Shown here: positions 18,141 through 27,884 of the stretch, in pieces
How the letters are laid out: every line of letters begins with the position of its first letter
Numbering within the stretch: position 1 is the first letter of the stretch
Source of the DNA: a candidate division WOR-3 bacterium
GTDB taxonomy: Bacteria; Hydrothermota; Tepidihabitantia; Tepidihabitantales; Tepidihabitantaceae
Direction of reading: 5' to 3'
DNA length: 53,347 nt
Assembly (NCBI GenBank): GCA_965649205.1
Contig: CBFGJV010000018.1
Coordinates: forward strand, 3,053 to 56,399
Made by a program: the position numbers and the translations under genes
Notes under the pieces: generated by a model
The model's database searches: none
The model's input: only the letters and a program-made list of their open reading frames with translations
What the model was told of the DNA's origin: nothing

Positions 18141-19849
18141 CGTCCCCGGGAGCGAAGTAAAGAAATGCGTTCCTCACAGAAGCGGCGATACCGCACCAGG
18201 TTCACTCTAGTTCTTTGATCCAACCACCGAGGAATCCTGACCGTAAACTGAGAAAAGTCAAAAGGTGGGACAATACTGTCATCTCTCAACTCATAGAGCA
18301 ATCCCGTTGGCACCCAGCTGCGGTCTGCAAACATCTGTTTTGCATCTTCGCTGGAAGTACGACCAAAAGTCACATACGAGGTACGCTCCGGACTATTACG
18401 CACGAAACTCTCCAACAGCCGGATGTAGGCCCTCTGTATCCCTGCTACATCTTTGAGCCGCCCATGCTCAAACTGCTCCAAGTATCGCAGGTAAACCGCA
18501 ATCTCCGATTGAGAACGTTCTACTAACCAGGGATATACTCGCTCCAAGTATCTAAAGTACCAAGACCTTCTGACCAGTTCCTTATCGATAATACACACAT
18601 CTGGTCTTACACCTTCAACGTGCTGGAGGTAGAAAATTGGCGAATAGATATCCCACCAGTCTGTCAGGATAGTAGCGTTGTGCTGCGCAGAGGTCAACGT
18701 GTTCATAGCCTGGTCATAACTCACGTAGAAACCCCGTCGACTTGCCGCTGGCAGATTCATTGCCAAGGCAACTACCCCCAGCATCCAGACTAAGTAACGC
18801 CATTTGCCTAGCCATTTGCACAATGACTCTAATCCCACCCCACAGAAAATGAAAAGAGCAATCAAACAAGGAAGATAGTAAGCTTCTATATCCGGAATGC
18901 TGTAGTTGGCCGCATATAGAAAAGTCAGAACAGCGCTAAACAGAAGACCCATTCCGAACCAGCGTCGCTGACTAAATAATCTATGGACACCAAGAAAAAC
19001 AACCGGAACCAACAGGAAAAGGAAACTTTTTGCCAATAACAATCCGCCTTTAGCCATGTTGGCCACCACCTCAGACAAAGGCAGAGAAAACATCCAAACC
19101 TGATATTGTCTGCCAGTAATGTGCCAAAACAATCGCTCCAAATTCACCGGATCTCCCCAGGCCAGTAGTGGCCCGGCCTTGGCCCGCAGCAACAGAAATG
19201 CATAGAGAGAAAGCCCAAGAGAAAAGAACGCTATTAGTACCAAACCTTGCCGCAGAGAAACCCTACCCTTCTGCCCCAAGAACGCGGTGCCAGCACCGAA
19301 CACTGCACTCATGCCCGACATATGGTTAGTCAATGTCAGACCGCAGAGATAGGCAAACACAGATTCTCTTCCGCCCCCGCTCTGCCCTTTTGTTTCTGCC
19401 ACCGCCAGCCATAGCAACAGCGTAAGAACCGCAGTCAGAGCATAAACCTCAACATCAACTGCCACAGACCACAAAGGGAAAGAAAAAGCAAACAGCAACG
19501 TCGTCGCCCCTGCCGCAGGCCTACCACAACCAAGCCGTAACAGCAAAAGCAATAACAATGCCGTAGCAGTAGCAGCCAGAGCTGCGCTAAAAAGGGCCAT
19601 TCTTGTCACCACACTGCCCACGGGCAGAAGCGTAGCCAGACGACCCAGTATGGAATACAACGGATAGCCCGTGGGATGCAGGATATTCAAATGCCAGCAT
19701 CCGGCGGCCAGCTCGCCCGAATCAATCAGACCTACCGCCGGTGTCAGCGTGTAGGTATAGACTGCAAACACCAGTAACGGAATCAACCAGATGCTGTACC
19801 TAAGTCCATACTGCCTGACACACACTCCCACCACAAACCTCCGCATCAA
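18080..19849 (-). CDS. DUF2723 / TMEM260-like (GT117) integral membrane glycosyltransferase
   Basis: DSGELAA, HPTGYPLYSILGRL, WSVAVDVEVY, TNH, WGDP and YLQHVEGVRPDV motifs typical of DUF2723; many TM helices. Confidence 0.85.
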   Translation of the reverse strand: MMRRFVVGVCVRQYGLRYSIWLIPLLVFAVYTYTLTPAVGLIDSGELAAGCWHLNILHPTGYPLYSILGRLATLLPVGSVVTRMALFSAALAATATALLLLLLLRLGCGRPAAGATTLLFAFSFPLWSVAVDVEVYALTAVLTLLLWLAVAETKGQSGGGRESVFAYLCGLTLTNHMSGMSAVFGAGTAFLGQKGRVSLRQGLVLIAFFSLGLSLYAFLLLRAKAGPLLAWGDPVNLERLFWHITGRQYQVWMFSLPLSEVVANMAKGGLLLAKSFLFLLVPVVFLGVHRLFSQRRWFGMGLLFSAVLTFLYAANYSIPDIEAYYLPCLIALFIFCGVGLESLCKWLGKWRYLVWMLGVVALAMNLPAASRRGFYVSYDQAMNTLTSAQHNATILTDWWDIYSPIFYLQHVEGVRPDVCIIDKELVRRSWYFRYLERVYPWLVERSQSEIAVYLRYLEQFEHGRLKDVAGIQRAYIRLLESFVRNSPERTSYVTFGRTSSEDAKQMFADRSWVPTGLLYELRDDSIVPPFDFSQFTVRIPRWLDQRTRVNLVRYRRFCEERISLLRSRGRWEEAKAIENWFQNNFGSSK

Positions 19850-19867
19850 GAACCAGGTTCGACAGCA

Positions 19868-20581
19868 CTACTCACCCAGATACGCAGACTTGACCCGGGG
19901 ATTCTCCCTGAGCTCGGCTGCTGGTCCGGAAAGTACCATTCGCCCCGTCTCTAGCAAGTATGCCCGATGCGCTAGTGTAAGCGCCATATTGGCATTCTGC
20001 TCAACAAGCAGGATCGTCGTACCCTGCTGGTTTATTTCCTTTATGATGGAAAATATTTCCTGCACCAAAATAGGAGAAAGCCCCATAGAGGGCTCATCAA
20101 GGGCCAAGAGTCTGGGCCGGGCCATCAACGCCCGAGCCATAGCCAGCATCTGCAATTCACCGCCTGACAGCGTGCCTGCGGCCTGATTAAACCTTTCCTG
20201 TAAACGAGGGAAAGACCGGAATACTCGCCTCAAGGCCTCCTGCGTTTCACCCCGCGGTCTATTGAATGCACCCAACAGCAAATTCTCCCTTACGGTCATG
20301 TCGGCAAAAGGTTTTCTTCCCTCCGGCACCTGCACTAGCCCCATACGGGCGATCTCGTACGCTGGCCAACCGCAGATATTCTGCCCCAAGAATACAATCT
20401 CGCCAGCCGTCGGTTTCACCAATCCGGAGAGCGCTCGTAAAGTCGTGCTTTTCCCGGCACCGTTTGCACCAATAAGGGTAACTATCTCTCCTTCCTGGGC
20501 CTCGAAAGAAATACCATGTAATGCCCGAATAGCACCATAGAAAACCTCCAATCCCCGCACTTCAAGCAGATTCTTATGCAT
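19868..20581 (-). CDS. livF: branched-chain amino acid ABC transporter ATPase
   Basis: GANGAGKSTT, VPEGR, LSGGELQM, LDEPSMGLSP, LVEQN. Confidence 0.93.
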   Translation of the reverse strand: MHKNLLEVRGLEVFYGAIRALHGISFEAQEGEIVTLIGANGAGKSTTLRALSGLVKPTAGEIVFLGQNICGWPAYEIARMGLVQVPEGRKPFADMTVRENLLLGAFNRPRGETQEALRRVFRSFPRLQERFNQAAGTLSGGELQMLAMARALMARPRLLALDEPSMGLSPILVQEIFSIIKEINQQGTTILLVEQNANMALTLAHRAYLLETGRMVLSGPAAELRENPRVKSAYLGE

Positions 20582-20586
20582 ATCTC

Positions 20587-21420
20587 TCAGGGGCTGCTTC
20601 CCAAGTAGGCTTCTATTACCCTTTCGTCACACTGCACCTCTTCCGGCCTCCCGAAGCAAATCAGTTCGCCGAACTCCATTACCAGCACCCGTTCACAGAC
20701 ACTCATTACCACCTTCATCTGATGTTCTATGAGAAGAATAGTCAGCCGGAATCTATCCTTTATCATTTGAATCAGGTCCATCAGTTCACTTATCTCAGCT
20801 GGATTCATCCCTGCTGCCGGCTCATCAAGTAGCAAGAGTTTCGGCTCAGCTGCCAGTGCCCGGGCGATCTCCAACCGACGCTGTTCACCATAAGGCAAAC
20901 TGCGGGCCATATCCTGACTGCGACCCTCCAGCCCCAAAATAGAAAGCAGTTCAAGTGCTCGCTCTGTAATCTGAGCTTCTTCGCTCCGAAATCGGGGTGT
21001 TCGCAACACCGCATCCCAGAACCCGGCCCGGCCACGATACGAATAAGCCACTCTCACATTATCCAGCACCGTAAGCTGACCGAAAAGTCTTATGTTTTGA
21101 AAGGTACGTGCTATGCCCATTCGATATATCCGAAACGGCCTGACAGCAGTTATGTCATGTCCCTTGAAGATGATGCGGCCTGATGTAGGTGCATAGATAC
21201 CTGTGATCAGATTGAACACCGTAGTCTTACCCGCTCCATTGGGACCGATAAGACCAAGTAGTTCTCCCTCAGCCATCGTCATGGAAAAATCCCGCACAGC
21301 GGTAAGACCACCAAACTGCTTAGTCAAACCGTGAACTTCCAGCAAAACCGAAGAACGTTCGTAACCATAACTCCCTGAGGCACCCTCAGGTCTCGGCTTT
21401 TCCACTGCTGGCTGGCTCAT
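20587..21420 (-). CDS. livG: branched-chain amino acid ABC transporter ATPase
   Basis: [43 protein letters not shown]; start ATG 21420 overlaps the livM stop. Confidence 0.93.
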   Translation of the reverse strand: MSQPAVEKPRPEGASGSYGYERSSVLLEVHGLTKQFGGLTAVRDFSMTMAEGELLGLIGPNGAGKTTVFNLITGIYAPTSGRIIFKGHDITAVRPFRIYRMGIARTFQNIRLFGQLTVLDNVRVAYSYRGRAGFWDAVLRTPRFRSEEAQITERALELLSILGLEGRSQDMARSLPYGEQRRLEIARALAAEPKLLLLDEPAAGMNPAEISELMDLIQMIKDRFRLTILLIEHQMKVVMSVCERVLVMEFGELICFGRPEEVQCDERVIEAYLGSSP

Positions 21421-22403
21421 CCCTTCTGACACTCTCTGGGCCTCAGGAAAGCAGACTCCGTACCCCGGAAAACCCCGCCCGGCCGCACCAGCATGAATAC
21501 AATCAATACCAATGGGTAGATTACCATCCGCCACTCCTGTACTTCGGCGGGTAGCACCACCCTCAAACCTTCCAAGAGAAAAGTCCAGGCGACGGCCGCC
21601 ACGACCGTACCCGATATGCTTCCCAAACCGCCCAGCACGACAATCAGAAGTACGTCTATGGACTTGAGAAAATCAAAGTTTGCCGGATTGAGATAAGCAT
21701 AAAGGTGGGCATAAAGCGCTCCTGCCACCCCTGCATACATGCAGCCGACAATAAAACCCAACATCTTACATCTGGTCGTATCTACCCCCAGTGCCTCTGC
21801 CGCCAACTCGTCTTCTCTAACTGAGACAAGCGCCCTACCTATGTTGGAAAAAACCAGATTCCGCAGGAGTATGACGGCTGCCAGAGCCAGAGCAAAAACT
21901 AGGGGAAAAGATGTCAGGCGCGGAATACCAGACATGCCTGCCGAACCGCCCAGCATTGGTATAAGATTATGAGAGTTATCAAACAGAACCTTCATAATGA
22001 TACCGAAACCCAAAGTGGCTATACCCAGATAGTCAGAGCGTAATCGCAAAATAGGCAGACCGACAAGAAAAGCAATGCCTCCCGCTAGCAGCGCAGCTAC
22101 AACCAACCCCAGAAAAAGGCTCCATATGCTCCCCCCCAGAGTGCGGGTCAAGAAAGCGGAGGCATACGCACCGATACCAAAAAACGCCGCATGACCAAGC
22201 GAGAACTGACCAGTGTAGCCGTAGACCAAATTCAGCCCTAAAGCAGAAATAGTGACTATACCAGCAAGAGTGGCTATCTGCTGCCAGTACAAGTTGATAA
22301 CCCGGGCAGACATCAAAGTCTGAACCAGTACGAACCCACCCACAGCGCACAGTAATGCAATCTGCGCACTACTCAACCATCGGGCAGTATCGTCTTTCCC
22401 CAT
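21417..22403 (-). CDS. livM: branched-chain amino acid ABC transporter permease
   Basis: GYTGQFSLGHAAFFGIGAY, LRLRSDYLGIATLGF, VVLGGLGS. Confidence 0.93.
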   Translation of the reverse strand: MGKDDTARWLSSAQIALLCAVGGFVLVQTLMSARVINLYWQQIATLAGIVTISALGLNLVYGYTGQFSLGHAAFFGIGAYASAFLTRTLGGSIWSLFLGLVVAALLAGGIAFLVGLPILRLRSDYLGIATLGFGIIMKVLFDNSHNLIPMLGGSAGMSGIPRLTSFPLVFALALAAVILLRNLVFSNIGRALVSVREDELAAEALGVDTTRCKMLGFIVGCMYAGVAGALYAHLYAYLNPANFDFLKSIDVLLIVVLGGLGSISGTVVAAVAWTFLLEGLRVVLPAEVQEWRMVIYPLVLIVFMLVRPGGVFRGTESAFLRPRECQKG

Positions 22404-23288
22404 CTATACCTTGTCTCGCAGCGGTTTTCCCACAAGCCCGGTCGGTCTTACAACCAGTACCAGAATCAATATGGCAAAAGCAACCGCGTCTCGCAATGTA
22501 GTAGACACGTAGGCAGAAGTAAAAGTTTCCACTACCCCCATGATAACCGCCCCCACCATGGCACCGGGAATTACGCCTATACCACCAAGGACTGCAGCTA
22601 CAAATGCCTTCAATCCCGGCATTATTCCCATCAACGGTTGAATCTGCGGATAAGCAATGCCGTAAAGCACGCCCCCTGCTCCAGCCAAAGCCGAACCGAT
22701 GCCAAAAGTGATGGAAATGACCGTGTCTACATTTATGCCCATGAGTCGGGCTGTGTCCTGATCCATCGAAACTGCTCGCATCGCTCGGCCTATTCGTGTT
22801 CGCCCTACAAATAAAGTCAGGGCCACCATCAACACCACAGCTACGCAGAATACAATAATCTGAATGTTAGTTATGTCGACACCAGCCAGAGTAAAGGTCT
22901 GCACAGAAAATGGTCGCAGGTACGGCCTCGGAGTAGGACCGAAGACAAATCTTAGATTGGTAAAGTTTTCTATAAAAAGAGAAACTCCCACAGCCGTAAT
23001 CAAAGCAGAAATCCTGGGCGCGTTGCGCAACGGTTTGTAGGCCACTCTTTCTATAACCACGCCCAAAAGTGCACAACCGGCCATGGCTGTCAGAATGGCC
23101 AGCGGAAGAGGCAGATGCAGATTAGCCAAAGCGAACAAACCCAGATACGCACCTACCATGAATACATCGCCGTGAGCAAAATTTATGAGCCGAACTATCC
23201 CATAAACCATGGTGTATCCCAGAGCAATGAGTGCATACACAAAACCAAGTTGGAGTCCGTTGATGAGCTGCTGCAAGAAATACGCCAA
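22404..23288 (-). CDS. livH: branched-chain amino acid ABC transporter permease
   Basis: FLQQLINGL, YALIALGYTMVYG, INFAHGD, KAFVAAVLGGIG; start probably TTG 23288 (ORF track 23324 coincides with a TTGACT box). Confidence 0.93.
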   Translation of the reverse strand: MAYFLQQLINGLQLGFVYALIALGYTMVYGIVRLINFAHGDVFMVGAYLGLFALANLHLPLPLAILTAMAGCALLGVVIERVAYKPLRNAPRISALITAVGVSLFIENFTNLRFVFGPTPRPYLRPFSVQTFTLAGVDITNIQIIVFCVAVVLMVALTLFVGRTRIGRAMRAVSMDQDTARLMGINVDTVISITFGIGSALAGAGGVLYGIAYPQIQPLMGIMPGLKAFVAAVLGGIGVIPGAMVGAVIMGVVETFTSAYVSTTLRDAVAFAILILVLVVRPTGLVGKPLRDKV

Positions 23289-23341
23289 GGCGTCATAGAT
23301 AAACGAAAACCAGGCCAGAGTCAAGCGAAAAACCCGATTTC

Positions 23342-23369
23342 TTGACAGCCTGAGGACGAAGTATAGAAT
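23342..23369 (+). promoter_or_regulatory. promoter of the divIVA operon (probably leaderless)
   Basis: TTGACA-16-TAGAAT, then 6 nt to ATG 23376; no SD. Confidence 0.7.
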
Positions 23370-23375
23370 CGGGCT

Positions 23376-23861
23376 ATGCCTATTACGCCCTTGGATATAA
23401 AAAACAAGACCTTTTCTACTCAGCTGCGCGGATTCTCCCCTCGAGAAGTGAAGGGTTATTTAGAACTTCTGGCTCGGGAGATGGAAGAGCTGCGTCGCGA
23501 GCGAGGACTTCTCGCTGAGAAGGTAGACGAATTGTCGGCACAACTTGACACTTACGCCCGTACCGAATCACTACTGAAGGATACATTGCTTACAGCCCAA
23601 AAAACCCATCAGGAACTCAAAGAGTCCGCCGAAGAACGCAGTCGCGCCATCCTCGCCCAAGCTGAACAAAAGGCGAAAGAAATAGTCTTGGAGGCCAAAC
23701 AGGAAGCTGAAAGGCTAAAAGCGACTCTGAGCGAACTGGAGGCAAGAAAGCTTGCTCTGCTCGACCAGATTCGCGGCATCGCTCATGCCTGCCTGGCTCT
23801 GGCCGACACCTGGAAATCTAAACCTGACGACAATTATGAACAAACAAGAAATACTGAATAG
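23376..23861 (+). CDS. divIVA: DivIVA domain protein
   Basis: MPITPLDIKNKTFSTQLRGFSPREV N-terminus followed by coiled coil. Confidence 0.9.
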   Translation: MPITPLDIKNKTFSTQLRGFSPREVKGYLELLAREMEELRRERGLLAEKVDELSAQLDTYARTESLLKDTLLTAQKTHQELKESAEERSRAILAQAEQKAKEIVLEAKQEAERLKATLSELEARKLALLDQIRGIAHACLALADTWKSKPDDNYEQTRNTE

Positions 23862-24651
23862 CGCTGCAGCTATTCGCAAGAGAACTACTCTGACACCAGA
23901 GTTCGGTATAGTGTTGGGAACCGGTCTGACCCAACTGGGGTCGCTGGTGGAGAATCCCGTCGTCATACCGTACTCTGAAATACCCCATTTCTGTCAGCCC
24001 ACCGTAGAAAGCCACGAGGGCCGTCTGGTACTGGGAACGCTTAGCGGTCGCAGAGTTTTGGTAATGCAAGGCCGGCTGCATTTCTACGAAGGCTACAGCC
24101 TGAACCAGATAACACATCCGGTCCGGGTGATGAAGGAACTCGGAGCTACAACTCTCATACTCTCCAATGCCTGCGGAGGTCTCAATCCCGCTCTGAAACC
24201 GGGAGACATAGTGGCAATTACCGATCACATCAACCTCTCTGGCCACAGTCCGCTTCGCGGCCCGAACGATGATTCTCTTGGTCCCCGTTTCCCTGACATG
24301 TATCACTGTTATGAGCCTGCTTTGATCAAAATCGCTCTCCAGGCAGCGACTGACTTAGGTCTAACTCTGCACCAGGGCGTTTACGCCTGGGTTATCGGCC
24401 CAAATCTCGAAACCGCAGCCGAGTGCAGGTATCTGCAGATAATCGGCGCTGACTTGGTAGGGATGTCAACTGTACCAGAGGTCATCGTAGCTAAGCATGC
24501 GGGACTGAAGGTGTTAGGGTTTTCGGTAGTAACCGATATGGCCCTGCCAGAGACGCACGGCCCGGTAAGCCTGCCTGACGTACTGGCTGCCGCAGCCGAG
24601 GCTGAGCCCAGATTGACCCGCCTCCTGCTGGAGGTATTGAAGCGGATCTAG
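23836..24651 (+). CDS. punA: purine nucleoside phosphorylase (trimeric PunA/XapA family)
   Basis: GIVLGTGL, GRLHFYEGY, NACGG, GPNLET, GADLVGMSTVPEV; start ATG 23836. Confidence 0.93.
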   Translation: MNKQEILNSAAAIRKRTTLTPEFGIVLGTGLTQLGSLVENPVVIPYSEIPHFCQPTVESHEGRLVLGTLSGRRVLVMQGRLHFYEGYSLNQITHPVRVMKELGATTLILSNACGGLNPALKPGDIVAITDHINLSGHSPLRGPNDDSLGPRFPDMYHCYEPALIKIALQAATDLGLTLHQGVYAWVIGPNLETAAECRYLQIIGADLVGMSTVPEVIVAKHAGLKVLGFSVVTDMALPETHGPVSLPDVLAAAAEAEPRLTRLLLEVLKRI

Positions 24652-24656
24652 GAAAC

Positions 24657-25418
24657 TTGAACAAAACGGTAATCCCTCTAGTTTGTCTTTTTCTGCTTGC
24701 TTGCCCAAAGCGTGGTCAGGTTTCTCCCACTTCTCCAACTAATGCAGCTCAGGGTTTGGAACAAGCTCTCTTGGCACTGGAGGCTCGACGCTACAAGGAA
24801 GCCGAAAAACAGTTTACCTATATCATTTTCAACTTCCCCGGCACCAGGGAAGCAGCGGATGCTCAATACTACTTGGGCGAGACGTATTTCCGGGCCGGGG
24901 ACTATATTCAAGCCCAGACTGAATTCGACTTTTATCTTAAAAGCTTTCCTAACGGGCAGTTTCAAGAAGAAGCCGAGTACAAACTAGGTCTTGCCTACCT
25001 GAAGGCAGCGCCAGGTGGCAACCGTGATCAGTCTCTGCTTCTGAAAGCAAGGGAGAGATTCGAAGATTTTCTTTCTACGTATCCTGACTCAAAGCTCCGT
25101 CCTCAGGTGGAATTATCCCTGAGCGAAGTGGCACGGCGTATTGCTGCCAGAGACTTCAGTACCGCTTTGCTCTATTACCGTGCGGGAGAATTCCGTTCTG
25201 CGTTGACTTATTACGAATATCTGCAAAGCCAAATCCCCCTGGAACAATGGTCCGGTGAAGATAAACTCCGGCTCGGCATCTGCTATCAAGAAACCGGTCA
25301 AGCGCAGAAAGCCCGTTCTCTTTTTTCTGAACTTCTGTCGGGAGATTTCCCCCCACGGCTGAAGAAAGTCGCCGCTCTGCGCCTGGCCCGCCTGTCCCCG
25401 GACACTTTACCTCACTAG
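24657..25418 (+). CDS. bamD: outer membrane protein assembly lipoprotein BamD
   Basis: Lipobox LLAC; TPRs with DAQYYLGETY, RDQS...ARERFEDFLSTYPDS, FRSALTYYE. Confidence 0.85.
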   Translation: MNKTVIPLVCLFLLACPKRGQVSPTSPTNAAQGLEQALLALEARRYKEAEKQFTYIIFNFPGTREAADAQYYLGETYFRAGDYIQAQTEFDFYLKSFPNGQFQEEAEYKLGLAYLKAAPGGNRDQSLLLKARERFEDFLSTYPDSKLRPQVELSLSEVARRIAARDFSTALLYYRAGEFRSALTYYEYLQSQIPLEQWSGEDKLRLGICYQETGQAQKARSLFSELLSGDFPPRLKKVAALRLARLSPDTLPH

Positions 25419-25994
25419 ATGCGCACTGGTATATTCGGCGGCACTTTCGACCCGGTCCATCTCGGGCATCTGCTGGTTGCCTCCGACCTGCGTAGCACGC
25501 TTTCCTTGGAGCGAATACTGTTTGTACCTGCAGCCAGCCCACCACACAAACGCAGTCCTTCAGCCAGCTTCGTCCACCGGCTGGCTATGCTGGAACTGGC
25601 GATTTCCGACTGGCCTGGCTTGGAAATCTGTTCTTTAGAAGCAGAAAGGCCTGGGCCCTCCTACACTGTGGACACCCTGCGCGAACTGCGCGCATGCTCT
25701 CGTGACTCCCTTTACCTCATTGTTGGTTACGACCAGTATCAGGAAATATCAACCTGGCATGAACCCGAGGAGCTATCCCGGCTGGCTCGCATCGTTGTTG
25801 CCAGCCGGCCCGGCTTCGGACGTCCACCGCTGTATCCTGGTCACAACCCCCAACGGGTGAAATTTGTGGACACAATTGCAGTAGATATATCCGCAGCCGC
25901 CATCCGGTTCCGTTTAACTCAAGGCAAATCGATTCGTTACCTCGTCCCTTCACCGGTATGGCATTATATTGTCCGTCATCAGATTTACCACTAA
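25419..25994 (+). CDS. nadD: nicotinate-nucleotide adenylyltransferase
   Basis: GIFGGTFDPVHLGHL, PPHK, SYTVDTL, DISAAAIR. Confidence 0.95.
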   Translation: MRTGIFGGTFDPVHLGHLLVASDLRSTLSLERILFVPAASPPHKRSPSASFVHRLAMLELAISDWPGLEICSLEAERPGPSYTVDTLRELRACSRDSLYLIVGYDQYQEISTWHEPEELSRLARIVVASRPGFGRPPLYPGHNPQRVKFVDTIAVDISAAAIRFRLTQGKSIRYLVPSPVWHYIVRHQIYH

Positions 25995-26009
25995 ACATAA
26001 GGAGAGAAC

Positions 26010-26342
26010 ATGCTAAACATCGCCTTTGCTCAACAAGCAACCCAACAACCTACCGCCCCGGCTGGCGGAGGAGCAAATTCTCTGCTCGGTTTTCTGCCCA
26101 TAGTTTTGATTTTCGTAGTACTCTATTTCCTGATGATTATGCCCCAGCAGCGCCGGCAGAAGAAACATCAGCAGATGCTGGCCGCACTCAAACGTGGAGA
26201 CCGAGTCGTGCTTTCTTCAGGTATCCACGGTATCATCACCAATGTCAAAGACCAGACCTTCATGGTGAAAGTTGCGGAAGGCACAGAAATAGAAGTAGAT
26301 AAGGCTGCTGTGTCTTACAAGTTTGGTGCCCCTGCCAGTTGA
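26010..26342 (+). CDS. yajC: preprotein translocase subunit YajC
   Basis: TM helix then YFLMIMPQQRRQK, LKRGDRVVLSSGIHG. Confidence 0.95.
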   Translation: MLNIAFAQQATQQPTAPAGGGANSLLGFLPIVLIFVVLYFLMIMPQQRRQKKHQQMLAALKRGDRVVLSSGIHGIITNVKDQTFMVKVAEGTEIEVDKAAVSYKFGAPAS

Positions 26343-26436
26343 TGTCCTGTTTCCCGCCGCTTCTGTCTCCTGCCCCTTACCTGGGCATCGTGTACCGTTT
26401 TTTCTTCAGCGCCCGCTTCTCTATTTTCGCCAGGCA

Positions 26437-26958
26437 ATGAACGCCACCATCCGTCGCATTGTCCGTTACGGCAATCCGGTCTTGCGCCACAAGGCCAGAT
26501 TGGTAACCCAGATAACGCCCGAACTGCAACGTTTATGCGCTGACCTTAAGGCAACCATGCTAGCAGCCGAGGGGCTGGGGCTGGCCGCGAATCAGATTGC
26601 TGAGGAACTGCGCGTCTTTGCCATTGATCCTCGAGGCGCAGATGTAGATGCAGAGCCATACTGTCTGCTCAACCCCGAGCTGGTAGCCACAGAAGGCCTC
26701 GTGGAAAGAGAAGAGGGTTGCCTTTCTCTGCCCGGCATATACGATATCATCCCTCGTCCGGAGATGGTGCGGATACGGGCTTTGAATGAACAGGGTCAGC
26801 CAGTAGAAATTGAGGCAACCGGTCTTCTGGCTCGCGCCTTTTTGCATGAACTGGATCACTTGAACGGTATATTGTTCATAGACAGTCTCGGTCAGATGAA
26901 ACGCAGCCTGATGGAAGCGAAACTGAAACAGATAGAGGCAACTGAAACTCAGAGTTGA
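26437..26958 (+). CDS. def: peptide deformylase
   Basis: GLGLAANQI, EGCLS, HELDHLNG; start ATG 26437. Confidence 0.96.
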   Translation: MNATIRRIVRYGNPVLRHKARLVTQITPELQRLCADLKATMLAAEGLGLAANQIAEELRVFAIDPRGADVDAEPYCLLNPELVATEGLVEREEGCLSLPGIYDIIPRPEMVRIRALNEQGQPVEIEATGLLARAFLHELDHLNGILFIDSLGQMKRSLMEAKLKQIEATETQS

Positions 26959-27884
26959 GAGTATTATTCTTTGGCACTTCTGCCTTCGCCGTCCCTGCTC
27001 TGGAGCGCATCGTCCGCGAGCATGAAATCGTTGCCGTAGTAACTCAACCTCCAAGACCTAGAGGGCGAGGACGCAGACCCTCCCCTTCCCCTATAGAAGA
27101 AACAGCCAGACGCCTGCAGCTGAAAGTACTCACTCCGGACGATCCGAACGCGAAAGACTTTCTTTCCACGCTTGCTGCATTCCAACCTGAAATCGGCGTC
27201 CTTGTCTCCTACGGCTGTATTCTGCAACAGTCACTGCTTGACCTGCCGCCGAGAGGATTTGTAAATCTCCATCCTTCTCTGCTGCCAGCTTACCGGGGCG
27301 CAGCTCCGATTCAGCGTGCACTGATGGATGGCTGTACCGAAACTGGCGTCAGCGTAATAGTTATGCGCCGTAAGGTAGATGCGGGCGACATACTTGCCCA
27401 ACGTAACGTCTCAATTGGCACAGAAGAAACTGCCGGAGAACTTTCCGCTCGCTTAGCAGCAATCGGTGCCGAACTTCTGGCAGACACACTGTTTCGACTC
27501 GAAAAGAACAGAATACAAGCTACGCCTCAGGATAGCTCTCGTGCTACTCCGGCGCCGAAAATAAAAGACTCCGAACGACTCATCCGTTGGTCCCGGCCTG
27601 CTACTGCTCTGCACAATTTGATTAGGGCTCTATCACCGACCCCAGCCGCCTATACCTTTTTCCGTTCTCGTCGTATTTTGGTGCTACGTTCCCGACTCAT
27701 TGCCTTGCCTTCCTGCGAACCTCCAGGAACCATACTCACAAGCTACCCGGGACTTGCAGTAACTACAGGGGCAGGTACACTTGAACTGTTAGAAGTGAAG
27801 CCGGAGTCTGGCCGTCCGCAAAGTGGACAAAGTTTTCGCAATGGCTACAGACCGACTCCCGGCGAAAAGTTTACCAACACATGA
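26955..27884 (+). CDS. fmt: methionyl-tRNA formyltransferase
   Basis: FFGTSAFA, NLHPSLLPAYRGAAPIQ, DAGDIL. Confidence 0.96.
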   Translation: MRVLFFGTSAFAVPALERIVREHEIVAVVTQPPRPRGRGRRPSPSPIEETARRLQLKVLTPDDPNAKDFLSTLAAFQPEIGVLVSYGCILQQSLLDLPPRGFVNLHPSLLPAYRGAAPIQRALMDGCTETGVSVIVMRRKVDAGDILAQRNVSIGTEETAGELSARLAAIGAELLADTLFRLEKNRIQATPQDSSRATPAPKIKDSERLIRWSRPATALHNLIRALSPTPAAYTFFRSRRILVLRSRLIALPSCEPPGTILTSYPGLAVTTGAGTLELLEVKPESGRPQSGQSFRNGYRPTPGEKFTNT

